Below, piece by piece: positions 53,847-63,919 of a DNA stretch of 64,000 nt. The first letter of the stretch is position 1, and every line of letters starts with the position of its first letter. This DNA is from Longimicrobiales bacterium (GTDB lineage: Bacteria > Gemmatimonadota > Gemmatimonadetes > Longimicrobiales > Gaopeijiaceae), in NCBI GenBank assembly GCA_965116905.1, contig OZ220732.1, positions 2,080,001-2,144,000 of the forward strand. The letters run 5' to 3'. Position numbers and translations under genes: made by a program. The notes beneath the pieces were generated by a model, which searched no databases, was not told the DNA's origin, and saw only the letters and a program-made list of their open reading frames with translations.

Positions 53847-54761
53847 GTGAGCGCATCGGCCCCCGGCGCCGCCCGGCGCATCTGGACGGTCATGGAAGTG
53901 GTGCGTGTGAGTGGGGACTTCCTTGCGGGGAAGGGTGTCGAGGACGGCCGTCTGAACGCGGAACAGATCCTTGCCCACGTGCTGCGGACGGAGCGATTGC
54001 AGCTCTACCTCCAGTTCGATCGCCCGCTCGACGATGAGGAACTGGCGAGTTTCAAGCGTCTGCTCCGACGGCGAGCCGCGCGCGAGCCGCTCCAGTACGT
54101 ACTCGGGACGGCCCCGTTCAGGTCCCTGCAGCTGCAAGTCGATCGCCGCGTTGCCATTCCACGTCCGGAAACCGAGTACATGATCGATGTCCTGCAGCGC
54201 GTTGCCGGCCCGCGCCGCCGGTTCGATGCGGCTCTGGACGTGGGCACGGGCTCGGGTGCGATCGCGTTGGCTCTGGCCGCCGAGGGCATCGCGCGCACCG
54301 TCGTCGCCACGGACGTGTCCACGGACGCGCTGGAGGCCGCCCGGCAGAACGCGGCCGCGGCCGGTGTGGAGGGTGTGGAGTTTCGGGCGGGTCGTCTGTT
54401 CGGGCCTGTCGAGGGCCAAACCTTCGACCTGGTCTTGTCGAACCCTCCGTACCTCACGGAGGCTGACTGGCTCGCGGCGGAGCCCGAGATAAAGGAGTGG
54501 GAGCCGCGTGTGGCAATGGTGGCGAACGAGTCGGGACTCGGAGTCATCCGTCGCCTGATCGGGGGGCTGGGCGGGACGCTCCGCGCAGGCGGATGGATCG
54601 GGCTGGAAGTCGGGTGCGGCCAGGCAGACGGGGTGGCCGCGATGATGGAAGCCAGTCCGGGTCTCGAAGGGGTGGGAGTGCATGACGACCTGACGGGTCG
54701 TCGGCGCTATGTTTTTGCACGGCAGTTTGCGGCTGCGCGAAACGGGACCGGGGATGGGTAG
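53847..54761 (+). CDS. prmC: Release factor glutamine methyltransferase
   Basis: EPLQY, IPRPETE, DVGTGSG, SNPPY. Confidence 0.95.
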   Translation: MSASAPGAARRIWTVMEVVRVSGDFLAGKGVEDGRLNAEQILAHVLRTERLQLYLQFDRPLDDEELASFKRLLRRRAAREPLQYVLGTAPFRSLQLQVDRRVAIPRPETEYMIDVLQRVAGPRRRFDAALDVGTGSGAIALALAAEGIARTVVATDVSTDALEAARQNAAAAGVEGVEFRAGRLFGPVEGQTFDLVLSNPPYLTEADWLAAEPEIKEWEPRVAMVANESGLGVIRRLIGGLGGTLRAGGWIGLEVGCGQADGVAAMMEASPGLEGVGVHDDLTGRRRYVFARQFAAARNGTGDG

Positions 54762-54809
54762 CCATCGCGGTTCGGCCGGAGACGCGCTTCGCGGAACAGG
54801 AGTCGATGG

Positions 54810-55169
54810 ATGTCCGAGATAGAGGAGATGGCCGGGTCGCTGGGTCGGGCCCTGGGACGCACGCCGGAGTACAGGACCATGGCGCGTGCTCTAGAGAGCG
54901 CGGATGAGGACCGGGACATCGTGGCGTTGCGCAACGAGGTGCGTGGCCTCGAGAGGCGGCTGCAGGAGGCGATCGGCGCGGGCACGGAGCCGGACAAGGC
55001 GACGATGGAGGAGTTCGAGGCCGCCATCGGGCGGCTCCAGGCGTCTTCGGTCTACCAGAGCGTGGTAGCCGCCCAGGCGAACTTCGACAAGATCATGCAA
55101 CGCGTCGATGCGGAGATCCAGAAAGGGATGCGCGAAGGAGCTGCCTCCCGGATCATCCTGACGACGTAA
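54810..55169 (+). CDS. YlbF/YmcA (Com_YlbF) family protein
   Basis: A..LG..L..TPEY helical pattern, AQANFDKIMQRV; 119 aa. Confidence 0.75.
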   Translation: MSEIEEMAGSLGRALGRTPEYRTMARALESADEDRDIVALRNEVRGLERRLQEAIGAGTEPDKATMEEFEAAIGRLQASSVYQSVVAAQANFDKIMQRVDAEIQKGMREGAASRIILTT

Positions 55170-55175
55170 CCGCCG

Positions 55176-55856
55176 ATGTCGACCGGCCAGAGTCAGGAGA
55201 GGGAGAAGGGCCTCAAGGCGTTTCGACACCCGGTCTACGCCATCATCGAACCGGTGGCCAGGTGGCTGGTGCGGCGCCGAGTCCACCCGAACGCCATCTC
55301 GATCATGGGGTTCGTGGCCACGCTGGGGGCGGCGTGGCTGTACTCGCAGGACCATGTCCGCACGGCCGGGTTTTTCGTGCTGCTCGGGGGACTGCTCGAT
55401 ATCTTCGACGGCCGCGTCGCGCGGATTTCCGGCCTGGCCTCCAAGTTCGGCAGCTTCTTCGACTCGACCCTCGACCGCATCTCCGAGATCGCCATGTACA
55501 TCGGCCTCATCACGCTCTACAACGGGTATATCCTGGATGCGGCCGACATCTGGATGATCTACGTCATCGCGCTGGCGCTCGGCGGCTCGCTGATGGTGAG
55601 CTACACCCGGGCAAAGGCCGAGGCGCTGGGCTTCGATTGCACCGTCGGACTCATGCAGCGGGCCGAACGGATCGTGTTGCTGGGTCTCGGCTCCCTGATC
55701 TTCGGTCTTGCCTGGGGCGGCATCGTCCTGAGCGCAATCATCATCGTGGTGGCCGTTCTGACCAACTTCACCGCGGTTCACCGGATCGTGTGGGTGTACA
55801 GGCACGGCAAGGGCATTCCTCTCGACGGCGGTGGGGACGCCGCCGGAAAGGTGTAG
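55176..55856 (+). CDS. CDP-alcohol phosphatidyltransferase, PIP-synthase-like
   Basis: HPNAIS, DIFDGRVAR...FGSFFDSTLDR, VSYTRAKAEALG, MQRAER. Confidence 0.88.
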   Translation: MSTGQSQEREKGLKAFRHPVYAIIEPVARWLVRRRVHPNAISIMGFVATLGAAWLYSQDHVRTAGFFVLLGGLLDIFDGRVARISGLASKFGSFFDSTLDRISEIAMYIGLITLYNGYILDAADIWMIYVIALALGGSLMVSYTRAKAEALGFDCTVGLMQRAERIVLLGLGSLIFGLAWGGIVLSAIIIVVAVLTNFTAVHRIVWVYRHGKGIPLDGGGDAAGKV

Positions 55857-55862
55857 GCATTC

Positions 55863-57179
55863 GTGGAGCAACCTCCGAGCATCACCTCCCCCGACGGACG
55901 CGTCGGCGTCCTCCTGCCAGGGCTGGGTGCCGTGGCTACCACGGTCGTGGCCGGCGTCGAGGCGGTGCGGCAGGGGCTCGCGAAGCCCTTCGGCAGCCTG
56001 ACGCAGATGAACACCGTGCGGCTCGGGAAGCGCACCGACGCCCGTGCTCCCCTGATCCGGGACTTCATCGGGCTCGCGGGCCTCGAGCAGCTGGTGTTCG
56101 GCGCGTGGGACCCGATCCCCGATGACGCCTACGCGAGCGCCGTGAACGCGGGCGTGCTCGATCCGGCCAGTCACCTGGAGCCGATTCGCGACTTTCTCGC
56201 TTCGGTCGAGCCGATGTCGGCCGTTTTCGATACCGCGTACGTCAAGCGGCTGGACGGTCCCAACCGCAAGTCCGGAGCCAACAAGATGGAGCTGGCGGAA
56301 GCGCTTCGCGACGACATTCGCCGCTTTCGGGCCGAGAACGAATGTGCCAGGGCGGTGATGATCTGGTGCGGTTCGACCGAGGTCTTCCAGCGCGCCGGTG
56401 CGGCGCACGCCACCGTGGAGTCGTTCGAGGGGGCGATGGTCGACAACGATCCCGCGATCGCGCCCAGCATGATCTATGCGTACGCGGCGATCATGGAGGG
56501 CGTGCCCTACGCCAACGGGGCCCCGAACCTGTCCGCCGATGTCCCCGCGCTCGAGGAGCTGGCCCGCGAGCGTGCCGTGCCCATCGCCGGCAAGGACTTC
56601 AAGACGGGCCAGACGCTCATGAAAACGATCCTGGCGCCGGGACTGAAGGCCAGGATGATCGGAGTCAACGGCTGGTTCAGCACAAACATCCTCGGCAACA
56701 GGGACGGGGAGGTTCTCGACGACCCGGCGTCGTTCAGGACGAAGGAGGAATCCAAGCTCGGGGTACTCGACTACATCCTCCAGCCCGACATGTACCCCGA
56801 GTTGTACGGGGACATCTACCACAAGGTCCGGATCAACTACTACCCGCCGCGCGGTGACGACAAGGAAGGGTGGGACAACCTCGACATCTTCGGCTGGCTG
56901 GGATATCCCATGCAGATCAAGGTGGACTTCCTGTGCAGGGACTCCATTCTGGCCGCACCGATCGTCCTCGACCTCGCACTCTTCCTGGATCTGGCTGGAC
57001 GGGCCGGCCTCGGAGGCATACAGGAGTGGCTTTCCTTCTACTTCAAGAGCCCGCAGACCCCGGAGGGACTCTACCCGGAGCACGACCTGTTCATTCAGCA
57101 CTGGAAGCTGAAGAACACCCTGCGGTGGCTGGCCGGAGAGGAGCAGATCACCCACCTGGGCCGTGAGTACTACGAGTGA
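55863..57179 (+). CDS. ino1: myo-inositol-1(3)-phosphate synthase
   Basis: GLGAVAT, NGAPN, GKDFKTGQT, NILGNRDG, D.KE.WD, DSILAAP. Confidence 0.95.
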   Translation: MEQPPSITSPDGRVGVLLPGLGAVATTVVAGVEAVRQGLAKPFGSLTQMNTVRLGKRTDARAPLIRDFIGLAGLEQLVFGAWDPIPDDAYASAVNAGVLDPASHLEPIRDFLASVEPMSAVFDTAYVKRLDGPNRKSGANKMELAEALRDDIRRFRAENECARAVMIWCGSTEVFQRAGAAHATVESFEGAMVDNDPAIAPSMIYAYAAIMEGVPYANGAPNLSADVPALEELARERAVPIAGKDFKTGQTLMKTILAPGLKARMIGVNGWFSTNILGNRDGEVLDDPASFRTKEESKLGVLDYILQPDMYPELYGDIYHKVRINYYPPRGDDKEGWDNLDIFGWLGYPMQIKVDFLCRDSILAAPIVLDLALFLDLAGRAGLGGIQEWLSFYFKSPQTPEGLYPEHDLFIQHWKLKNTLRWLAGEEQITHLGREYYE

Positions 57180-57871
57180 GCCGTGGGCGCTTCATCGTCG
57201 TGGAAGGGGCGGAAGGGGTGGGGAAGTCCACGCAGGCCGCGCGGCTGGTGGCGTTCCTGCATACCCGGGGGATAGCCGCCGAACTTACGCGCGAGCCCGG
57301 GGGAACGGTGGTCGGCGAAGGGATCCGCGAACTCGTGTTGGCCAGCGGCGAGATTCCGCGGGAGACGGAACTGCTCCTGATCGTGGCCGCGCGGGCCGCG
57401 TTCGTCCGCCAGCGCGTGGAGCCGGCTCTGTCCGCGGGAACCTGGGTCGTGTCCGACCGGTACGATCTCAGCACATTCGCCTACCAGGGGCACGGGCGCG
57501 GGATCGAGCTGGACTGGATCGACCGCGTCAACCGTTACGCGACGGCAGGCCTGACCCCGGATCTGCAGCTGGTGCTGGATCTGCCCGTGCGGGATGGAAT
57601 GGCCCGTCTCGAGGACCAGGACAGAGCCCTGGACCGTATCGAATCGGAGACGCTCGGCTTTCTCGGCAGAGTCCGGCAGGGGTATGTTGAACTGGCGGGT
57701 TCCCTGGAGGGTGTCGAGCTGGTATCGGCCAGCGGAGGGCCGGACGAGGTCGAAGCCAGGATCCGCGACGTACTCGCCTGGTACTTCCCCGATGCACTGG
57801 TGGATCGCGGAAGCGGCGGGGCCGAGTCCCGGCAGCGCGCAACGGGCCGTGGCGCGAAGGAGATGCGATGA
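57176..57871 (+). CDS. tmk: Thymidylate kinase
   Basis: EGAEGVGKSTQ, TREPGGT, DRY.LS..AYQG. Confidence 0.95.
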   Translation: MSRGRFIVVEGAEGVGKSTQAARLVAFLHTRGIAAELTREPGGTVVGEGIRELVLASGEIPRETELLLIVAARAAFVRQRVEPALSAGTWVVSDRYDLSTFAYQGHGRGIELDWIDRVNRYATAGLTPDLQLVLDLPVRDGMARLEDQDRALDRIESETLGFLGRVRQGYVELAGSLEGVELVSASGGPDEVEARIRDVLAWYFPDALVDRGSGGAESRQRATGRGAKEMR

Positions 57872-59565
57872 GAGTCACGAAGGCCACGATCGTTCCCGCG
57901 ATGCTCGTCGTCCTCGCGGTGAGCAGCGGCGGCTGGCTGCTGCAACGGGATGTCGGGATGGATGCGAACGTCTACTTCCAGACCCGGCTTCTGGAAGAGG
58001 TCGTGACGCGCATCGACCGCTACTTCGTGGACGAGGTCGAGGTGGACGACCTGTATCAGGCGGCGCTGATCGGCTTGGTCGAGCAGCTCGGTGACCGAAA
58101 CTCGCAATTCCTGGAAGCATCCGACTGGGAGGACGTGCGCATCCGCACCCAGGGGGAATACGGTGGCGTCGGCCTCGAGGTCGACGAGCGCGACGAACAT
58201 CTCACCATCGTCGCCCCGATTCCGGGGACGCCGGGGGCCAGGGCGGGACTGCGCCCCGGTGATCGCATCGTGGAGGTGGACGGGCAGCCGGTGGAAGGAT
58301 GGCCGATCGATCAGGCCGTCGATCTGCTTCGCGGCGAGCCGGGAACCACGGTGCAGATGGGCATCCGGCGTCCCGGGATGGAACGCGTCATGTTGTTCGA
58401 TGTGACCCGCGAGGTCATTCACTTCCCGTCGGTACCCTTCGCCAGCATGCTGGGCGACGGCGTGGGCTATGTCCCGCTTCGCATCTTCAACGGAACCACG
58501 ACGGCCGAGGTCCGAAGCGCGATCGATTCGCTCATGGCCGAGGGCATGACGTCGCTCGTCCTCGACCTTCGCAACAACCGGGGCGGCCTCCTGACGGAGG
58601 GAGTGGGGCTTGCGGACCTGTTCCTGGACGAAGGCCTGGACATCGTTGAAATCCGCGGCAGGAACACGGCGCCCGAAATCCATCGGGCACGGGGCGGACA
58701 GGAATACCCCGGTCTCCCCATCGTGGTGCTGGTCGGTCACGGGAGCGCTTCCGCCGCCGAGATCGTCGCGGGTGCCCTTCAGGATCAGGACCGCGCGCTT
58801 CTCGTCGGAGCGACCACCTTCGGCAAGGGCTCGGTCCAGTCGCTCTTTCAGCTTTCCGGCGGCAACGTCCTCAAGCTCACGACGGCGCGCTGGTACACGC
58901 CTTCGGGTCGCTCGATCCAGAAGGAACCCGCCGACCAGCTCGCCCGGACCGAGAGCGGCGTGGTGACCCTGCCCGGTGACGCGGCCGAGCGTCCCAGCCT
59001 CGCCGACAAGCCGGAGTTCCGGTCCGCGGGGGGCCGGCTTTTGCGCGGCGGCGGAGGGATCGTGCCCGACATGTGGGTCCTGCAGGACACCCTGGCGACC
59101 GAAGAATACGCCGCGGTTCGCAAGATCTTCGAGGCGGGTTCGGGCTTCCATATCGCCTTGCAGAGCTGGGCGGTTCACTACCTGCAGGAGCATCCGGGGC
59201 TGACACCGGGATTCCGGATCACCGATGCGGATCTGTCGAGCTTCCATACCGTGCTTCTCGAGCGCGGAGCGGAAGTGAGTTTCGATGACCTCCTCCGTGC
59301 TCGCCGCTACGTGGAGTTTCATCTCGGGGCCGAGATCGCGCTGCAGGCATGGGAGGATCAGGGACGTTTCGAACGGATCGCCGCCGGCGACTTGCAGCTC
59401 GCGCGAGCGATCGAACTGCTCCGGACCGCGGATGACCGGCGGGAGCTCTTCGAGCTGGCCGGAAGCCCGCTCGAGTCCGGTCCCGCCGGGGGCGCCGCGG
59501 GTGACGGGGGTGCGGGGGGCGACGGGGGTCCGGGGCCGGCCGGGGGGGATGCACCGCGCCCCTGA
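57868..59565 (+). CDS. S41A C-terminal processing protease (CtpA-like)
   Basis: PDZ GGVG, LDLRNNRGG, SASAAEI, TFGKGSVQ, YTPSGRSI. Confidence 0.93.
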   Translation: MRVTKATIVPAMLVVLAVSSGGWLLQRDVGMDANVYFQTRLLEEVVTRIDRYFVDEVEVDDLYQAALIGLVEQLGDRNSQFLEASDWEDVRIRTQGEYGGVGLEVDERDEHLTIVAPIPGTPGARAGLRPGDRIVEVDGQPVEGWPIDQAVDLLRGEPGTTVQMGIRRPGMERVMLFDVTREVIHFPSVPFASMLGDGVGYVPLRIFNGTTTAEVRSAIDSLMAEGMTSLVLDLRNNRGGLLTEGVGLADLFLDEGLDIVEIRGRNTAPEIHRARGGQEYPGLPIVVLVGHGSASAAEIVAGALQDQDRALLVGATTFGKGSVQSLFQLSGGNVLKLTTARWYTPSGRSIQKEPADQLARTESGVVTLPGDAAERPSLADKPEFRSAGGRLLRGGGGIVPDMWVLQDTLATEEYAAVRKIFEAGSGFHIALQSWAVHYLQEHPGLTPGFRITDADLSSFHTVLLERGAEVSFDDLLRARRYVEFHLGAEIALQAWEDQGRFERIAAGDLQLARAIELLRTADDRRELFELAGSPLESGPAGGAAGDGGAGGDGGPGPAGGDAPRP

Positions 59566-59617
59566 TCGGGAGTATCGGGGGACGATGGGCTCATCCAGCT
59601 ATGGAGGTGGCCCGTTC

Positions 59618-60631
59618 ATGAAGTCAGCTTCTGCCGGAGCGGCCCGATTCCTGGAGGTGCAGGTCGCCCGCGGACCCGTGGTGGAGTCGAGGCACCGGGT
59701 GCACGGCGTGGTCGTGGACCGATCGGGAACGACGCTCAGCTGGGGTGACCCGGACCTGCGCATCTGGCTTCGCTCGGCGGCGAAGCCGTTTCAGGCCGTG
59801 CCCCTGATCGAAGACGGGGCAGCGGACCACTACGGTCTTTCGGACGAGGAGATTGCCGTTTGCTGTGGCTCACACAACTCGGAGCAGGCGCACATCGCCG
59901 CCGTCCGTTCCATTCTCGACAAGGCGGGTGTCCCGGAGCGGCTGCTTGGTTGCGGGCCGCATCCTCCGCTTCCGGGAGCACGCGGGGTGGCAGGTGCGGG
60001 GGAATGGAGGCGACCCATGCCAATCATGAGCAACTGTTCCGGCAAGCACGCCGGCATGCTGGCACTGGCGGCCTTTCACGGCTGGCCGCTGGAGTCGTAC
60101 ATGCGCCCCGACCACCCGGTCCAGCGACGCATGCGCACCGAGGTCGCGCGCTGGACGGGCGTGAATCGCGAGGGCATGCCGGACGAGGCCGACGGCTGTG
60201 GCGTCCCGACGTTCGCGATCACGTTGCGGGATCTCGCCAGGGGCACGGCTCGCCTGGCCGCGGCGTTCGGGTCCGCCGGGCCGGCAAGGCGGCTGCTGGG
60301 TGCAATGATGCGTGCGCCGTTCATGGTGGCGGGCAGTGGGCGCCTGTGTACCCGGCTGATGGAAGAGGAGCGCGGTCGGGTTTTCGCCAAGGTGGGCGCG
60401 GAGGCGATATACATGGCCGGACACCTGGAGAGCGGTACCGGGGTCGCGGTAAAGGTGGAGGACGGCGCCTGGCGGGCCGCGCCGCCCGCGCTGCTGGCGA
60501 CGCTGGATCGCGCAGGCGTGCTTTCGCGGGGCTCGATGGGGGCCCTGGCGGGTTTCGCGGAGCCCGTGATCAGGAACACCCTGGGTGATGTGGTCGGTCG
60601 CATGAGCGTCAGGGAGGCACCGTGTTCATAG
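59618..60631 (+). CDS. Class 3 (Rhizobium etli AnsA-type) L-asparaginase
   Basis: VESRH, RSAAKPFQ, SH, NCSGKHAGML, DGCG.P, KVGAEA, KVEDG. Confidence 0.9.
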   Translation: MKSASAGAARFLEVQVARGPVVESRHRVHGVVVDRSGTTLSWGDPDLRIWLRSAAKPFQAVPLIEDGAADHYGLSDEEIAVCCGSHNSEQAHIAAVRSILDKAGVPERLLGCGPHPPLPGARGVAGAGEWRRPMPIMSNCSGKHAGMLALAAFHGWPLESYMRPDHPVQRRMRTEVARWTGVNREGMPDEADGCGVPTFAITLRDLARGTARLAAAFGSAGPARRLLGAMMRAPFMVAGSGRLCTRLMEEERGRVFAKVGAEAIYMAGHLESGTGVAVKVEDGAWRAAPPALLATLDRAGVLSRGSMGALAGFAEPVIRNTLGDVVGRMSVREAPCS

Positions 60632-61635
60632 ACTCCGTCACGATCGAAGCCGAGGGGGGCCGGGGCGGCTCCGGGGCCGAGGCGTTCCGCCGCGAAAAGG
60701 GCGTGCCGCGTGGGGGTCCGTCCGGTGGCGACGGCGGGAGCGGCGGCGATGTCGCGGTCGTTGCCGATGCCGGCCTGACCACGCTGAGCGACTATCGCTA
60801 CAGGCGGCACCATCGCGCGGAACGGGGAAGGCACGGGGAGGGGTTCAACCGCACGGGAAGGAGCGGGAAGGACCTGGAACTACGGGTGCCCCCCGGGACG
60901 ATCGTCATGGACGACGAGAGCGGCGAGGTCGTCGGAGAGCTGCTTGCGGGTGGCGAGCGCCTCGTGATCGCTCGCGGCGGGCGGGGTGGCCGGGGCAACG
61001 CGCGCTTTGCCTCGTCCACGCATCAGGCGCCCCGCCGCTGGGAGCCCGGCGCGGAGGGCGAACGCCGGCAGATCCGTTTCGAGCTCAAGCTCCTGGCCGA
61101 CGTTGGGCTTGTGGGGGAGCCCAACGCGGGCAAGTCGACGCTGCTGGCGCGGATCAGCCAGGCACGGCCCAAGGTCGCCGACTACCCGTTTACCACGCTG
61201 ACCCCCAACCTCGGGGTGGTGGAGATGTCGGACTTCCGTTCCTTTGTCGTCGCGGACATCCCGGGGATCATCGAGGGAGCGCACGACGGCAAGGGGCTCG
61301 GCCACCGTTTTCTTCGCCACATCGAGCGCACCCGCTTTCTGGCACTGCTGATCCCGATGGATTGCGGCGATCCCGGGAAGATGCTCGCCGGCCTGCGCAT
61401 CGAACTGGAAAGGTACTCCCCCCGCCTCGCTGAGCTGCCCTACGCGGTCGTCTTCTCCAAGATGGACCTCGTTTCGCCGGGATCGGAAGAGCCCATGGTG
61501 GACGCGCCGGATGCGTCGGGCATCTACCACGTGAGCGCGGTGACCGGCCATGGCGTGAACCGGTGGCTGGAGGGTTGCTGGCGGCAGCTGGAAGCCGCCG
61601 ACAGCGACGAGAAGGCCGAGGTCGGCGAGTGGTAG
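60622..61635 (+). CDS. obg: GTPase Obg/CgtA
   Basis: Gly-rich Obg fold, GEPNAGKS, YPFTT, DIPG, SKMD. Confidence 0.97.
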   Translation: MFIDSVTIEAEGGRGGSGAEAFRREKGVPRGGPSGGDGGSGGDVAVVADAGLTTLSDYRYRRHHRAERGRHGEGFNRTGRSGKDLELRVPPGTIVMDDESGEVVGELLAGGERLVIARGGRGGRGNARFASSTHQAPRRWEPGAEGERRQIRFELKLLADVGLVGEPNAGKSTLLARISQARPKVADYPFTTLTPNLGVVEMSDFRSFVVADIPGIIEGAHDGKGLGHRFLRHIERTRFLALLIPMDCGDPGKMLAGLRIELERYSPRLAELPYAVVFSKMDLVSPGSEEPMVDAPDASGIYHVSAVTGHGVNRWLEGCWRQLEAADSDEKAEVGEW

Positions 61636-62780
61636 CTCCGGCGGGTTCCGTCACCGGGACCGAATCGCGGCGCGTGCCGCCAGGGCCGATTGCGGCGGAA
61701 GCCAGAGCGGCGATGCGGTTGCGGGAACTGCCGGGTCTGGGGCCGGTTCGCTTTCGCAGGCTGGTCGATCACTTCGGGAGCGCGACCGCCGCGCTCGGCG
61801 CGAACGGCGCCGCGTTTGCCGAGCTCGCCGGAAGGCGCGCGGCGGCGGGTCGCCGCGGGGACGCGTCTGCGGTCCGCGCCGATGAGGCGATTGCGCGGTG
61901 CTGCGCGGCCGGGATCGGACTCCTGGTGTACGGAACGCCCGGCTACCCGTCTTCCCTGGGGGCTCTGAGCGGCCCGCCCTCGGTCCTCTTTTTCGTGGGC
62001 AGGGCCAAGGTGTTGCGTCGTCGGTGCATCAGCGTGGTGGGCTCCCGACGAGCGACTGCCTACGGTCGGCGGATCGCCCGCCGCCTGGGCGCCTATCTCG
62101 TGGGCCAGGGCCACTGCGTGGTCTCCGGGATGGCCATGGGCATCGACGCCGAAGCGCATCGCGGTGCGCTGCCCGGACCCACGGCGGCCGTGCTCGGGTC
62201 GGGCGTGGACATCGTTTCGCCGCCCCGCAACGCCGCCCTGTACCGGCGCATCCGGGATGGCGGCGTGATCGTGTCGGAGTACGCCCCCGGCGTGAAGGCG
62301 GAGCCCCACCACTTCCCGGCACGCAATCGAATCATCGCCGCCCTGGCCACCGATGTCGTCATCGTGGAGGCCTCGAAGCGGAGCGGGGCGCTGATCACCG
62401 CGGACATCGCGCTCGACCTGGGCCGGGAAGTCCACGCGGTGCCGGGCCCGATCGACCGTCCCACGAGTGAGGGGACGAACCGCCTCATCGTCGACGGGGC
62501 CGGGGTGATCGTGGACACGGGCCCCGCGGATGGATTCGCCGGGGAAGAGGCGCTCCCGGCCGAGCAGGACCTGCGGACACTGCTTCTGGCGGTGCCCCCG
62601 GCGCCAATCGCCCTCGAGGAGCTGGCCAAGGCGACGAAGATCCCGGTGGAGGAGGTGGCCACATCCGTCACGGTACTCGAGATTCGGGGCTACCTGACCC
62701 CCACCCGGGACGGACGGGTAATGCGCACGCCGGGGCGGCGTGCCGCGGGCTCGGCTTCGGCGGCGGGGCACGGGTCATGA
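61629..62780 (+). CDS. dprA: DNA-processing protein DprA; start uncertain
   Basis: VVGSR, VSGMAMGID, VLGSG, FPARNRII, SGALIT, AVPG, winged-helix tail. Confidence 0.93.
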   Translation: MVAPAGSVTGTESRRVPPGPIAAEARAAMRLRELPGLGPVRFRRLVDHFGSATAALGANGAAFAELAGRRAAAGRRGDASAVRADEAIARCCAAGIGLLVYGTPGYPSSLGALSGPPSVLFFVGRAKVLRRRCISVVGSRRATAYGRRIARRLGAYLVGQGHCVVSGMAMGIDAEAHRGALPGPTAAVLGSGVDIVSPPRNAALYRRIRDGGVIVSEYAPGVKAEPHHFPARNRIIAALATDVVIVEASKRSGALITADIALDLGREVHAVPGPIDRPTSEGTNRLIVDGAGVIVDTGPADGFAGEEALPAEQDLRTLLLAVPPAPIALEELAKATKIPVEEVATSVTVLEIRGYLTPTRDGRVMRTPGRRAAGSASAAGHGS

Positions 62781-63919
62781 CCGCTCCGATCACCAACGTC
62801 TACGTCCACGCACCCTTCTGTGCTCGGCGCTGCTGCTATTGCGACTTCGCGGTTCATGTCGACCGCAATCCCGACGGGGGGCGCTGGTTCGACCTGATCC
62901 GAAGGGAATTCCAGGCGCTGCGTGACTCTGGCCGGGCGCCCCTGGCCGAGGTCCTCGACACGCTGTACGTCGGTGGCGGTACGCCGTCCGTCCTCGACGC
63001 GCGGTTCGTCGTCGGGCTGGCCGACCTGATCGGGCGCGAGCGGATGCGGAGTCGCGGCTTCGAGTGGACGGTCGAAGCCAATCCGGAGTCCTTTTCGGCG
63101 GACATCGCCCGCCAGTGGAGGGCGGGCGGCGTAAACCGGGTTTCCATCGGACTGCAGAGCTTCGATCCGCGCGCGCTGCGATGGATGGGTCGGCTCCATT
63201 CGCCGGAGCAGGCGAAGTCCGCGGTACGGAAGGCGCAGGCCGCCGGATTGGCGAACGTGTCCGTCGATCTGATCTTCGGGCTGCCGGACGAGGTGTCCCG
63301 CTCGTGGGAGGACGATATCGAGAGGGTGCTCGATCTGCGCGTGCCACACATCTCGCTCTATGGCCTCACCGTGGAGAAAGGGACCTACCTCGGCCGCGCG
63401 GTCTCACAGGGCCGCGCGCGCATGCCCGCCGACCGTCGCTACCGTGAGGAGTACCTGTTCGCTGCAACCGCACTCGCCGACGCCGGATATTGGCACTACG
63501 AGGTTTCGAACTTCGCGCTGCCCGGGTTTGCGTCCCGCCACAACCAGGCCTGCTGGACGGGGGCGTCCTACCTCGGTCTCGGAAACGGGGCCCACAGCTT
63601 CCACTCGGGACGGCGCTGGTGGAACGAAAGGGATTGGGGCACGTATGCCGAAGGAGTGGAGCGCTCCGGGAACGGCTGCGGCGGAACCGAGGCACTGACA
63701 CCGGAACAGTCGCGCCTCGAGCACGTCTGGCTGGGGCTGCGCACGGCGGCGGGCCTCGACACGTCGGAACTCGGAGCCGGTGCAGACGCCGTGGTCCGCG
63801 AGTGGATCTCGAGGGGTCTGGCCCGGCGGACCGGGGTGCGAACCCGACTGACCCTCGCAGGATGGCTGGTGCTCGACGACCTGACCCTGGAACTCGAGGC
63901 GGCGTTGCAGCGTCGGTAG
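62777..63919 (+). CDS. hemW: Radical SAM heme chaperone HemW
   Basis: YVHAPFC..RCCYCDF, GGGTPS, EANP, DLIFGLP, YEVSNF, HN..W. Confidence 0.92.
   Translation: MTAPITNVYVHAPFCARRCCYCDFAVHVDRNPDGGRWFDLIRREFQALRDSGRAPLAEVLDTLYVGGGTPSVLDARFVVGLADLIGRERMRSRGFEWTVEANPESFSADIARQWRAGGVNRVSIGLQSFDPRALRWMGRLHSPEQAKSAVRKAQAAGLANVSVDLIFGLPDEVSRSWEDDIERVLDLRVPHISLYGLTVEKGTYLGRAVSQGRARMPADRRYREEYLFAATALADAGYWHYEVSNFALPGFASRHNQACWTGASYLGLGNGAHSFHSGRRWWNERDWGTYAEGVERSGNGCGGTEALTPEQSRLEHVWLGLRTAAGLDTSELGAGADAVVREWISRGLARRTGVRTRLTLAGWLVLDDLTLELEAALQRR

Noticed and set aside
55176..57179. Di-myo-inositol-phosphate pathway
   Set aside because: No inositol-phosphate cytidylyltransferase domain or gene nearby; motifs fit PIP synthase better
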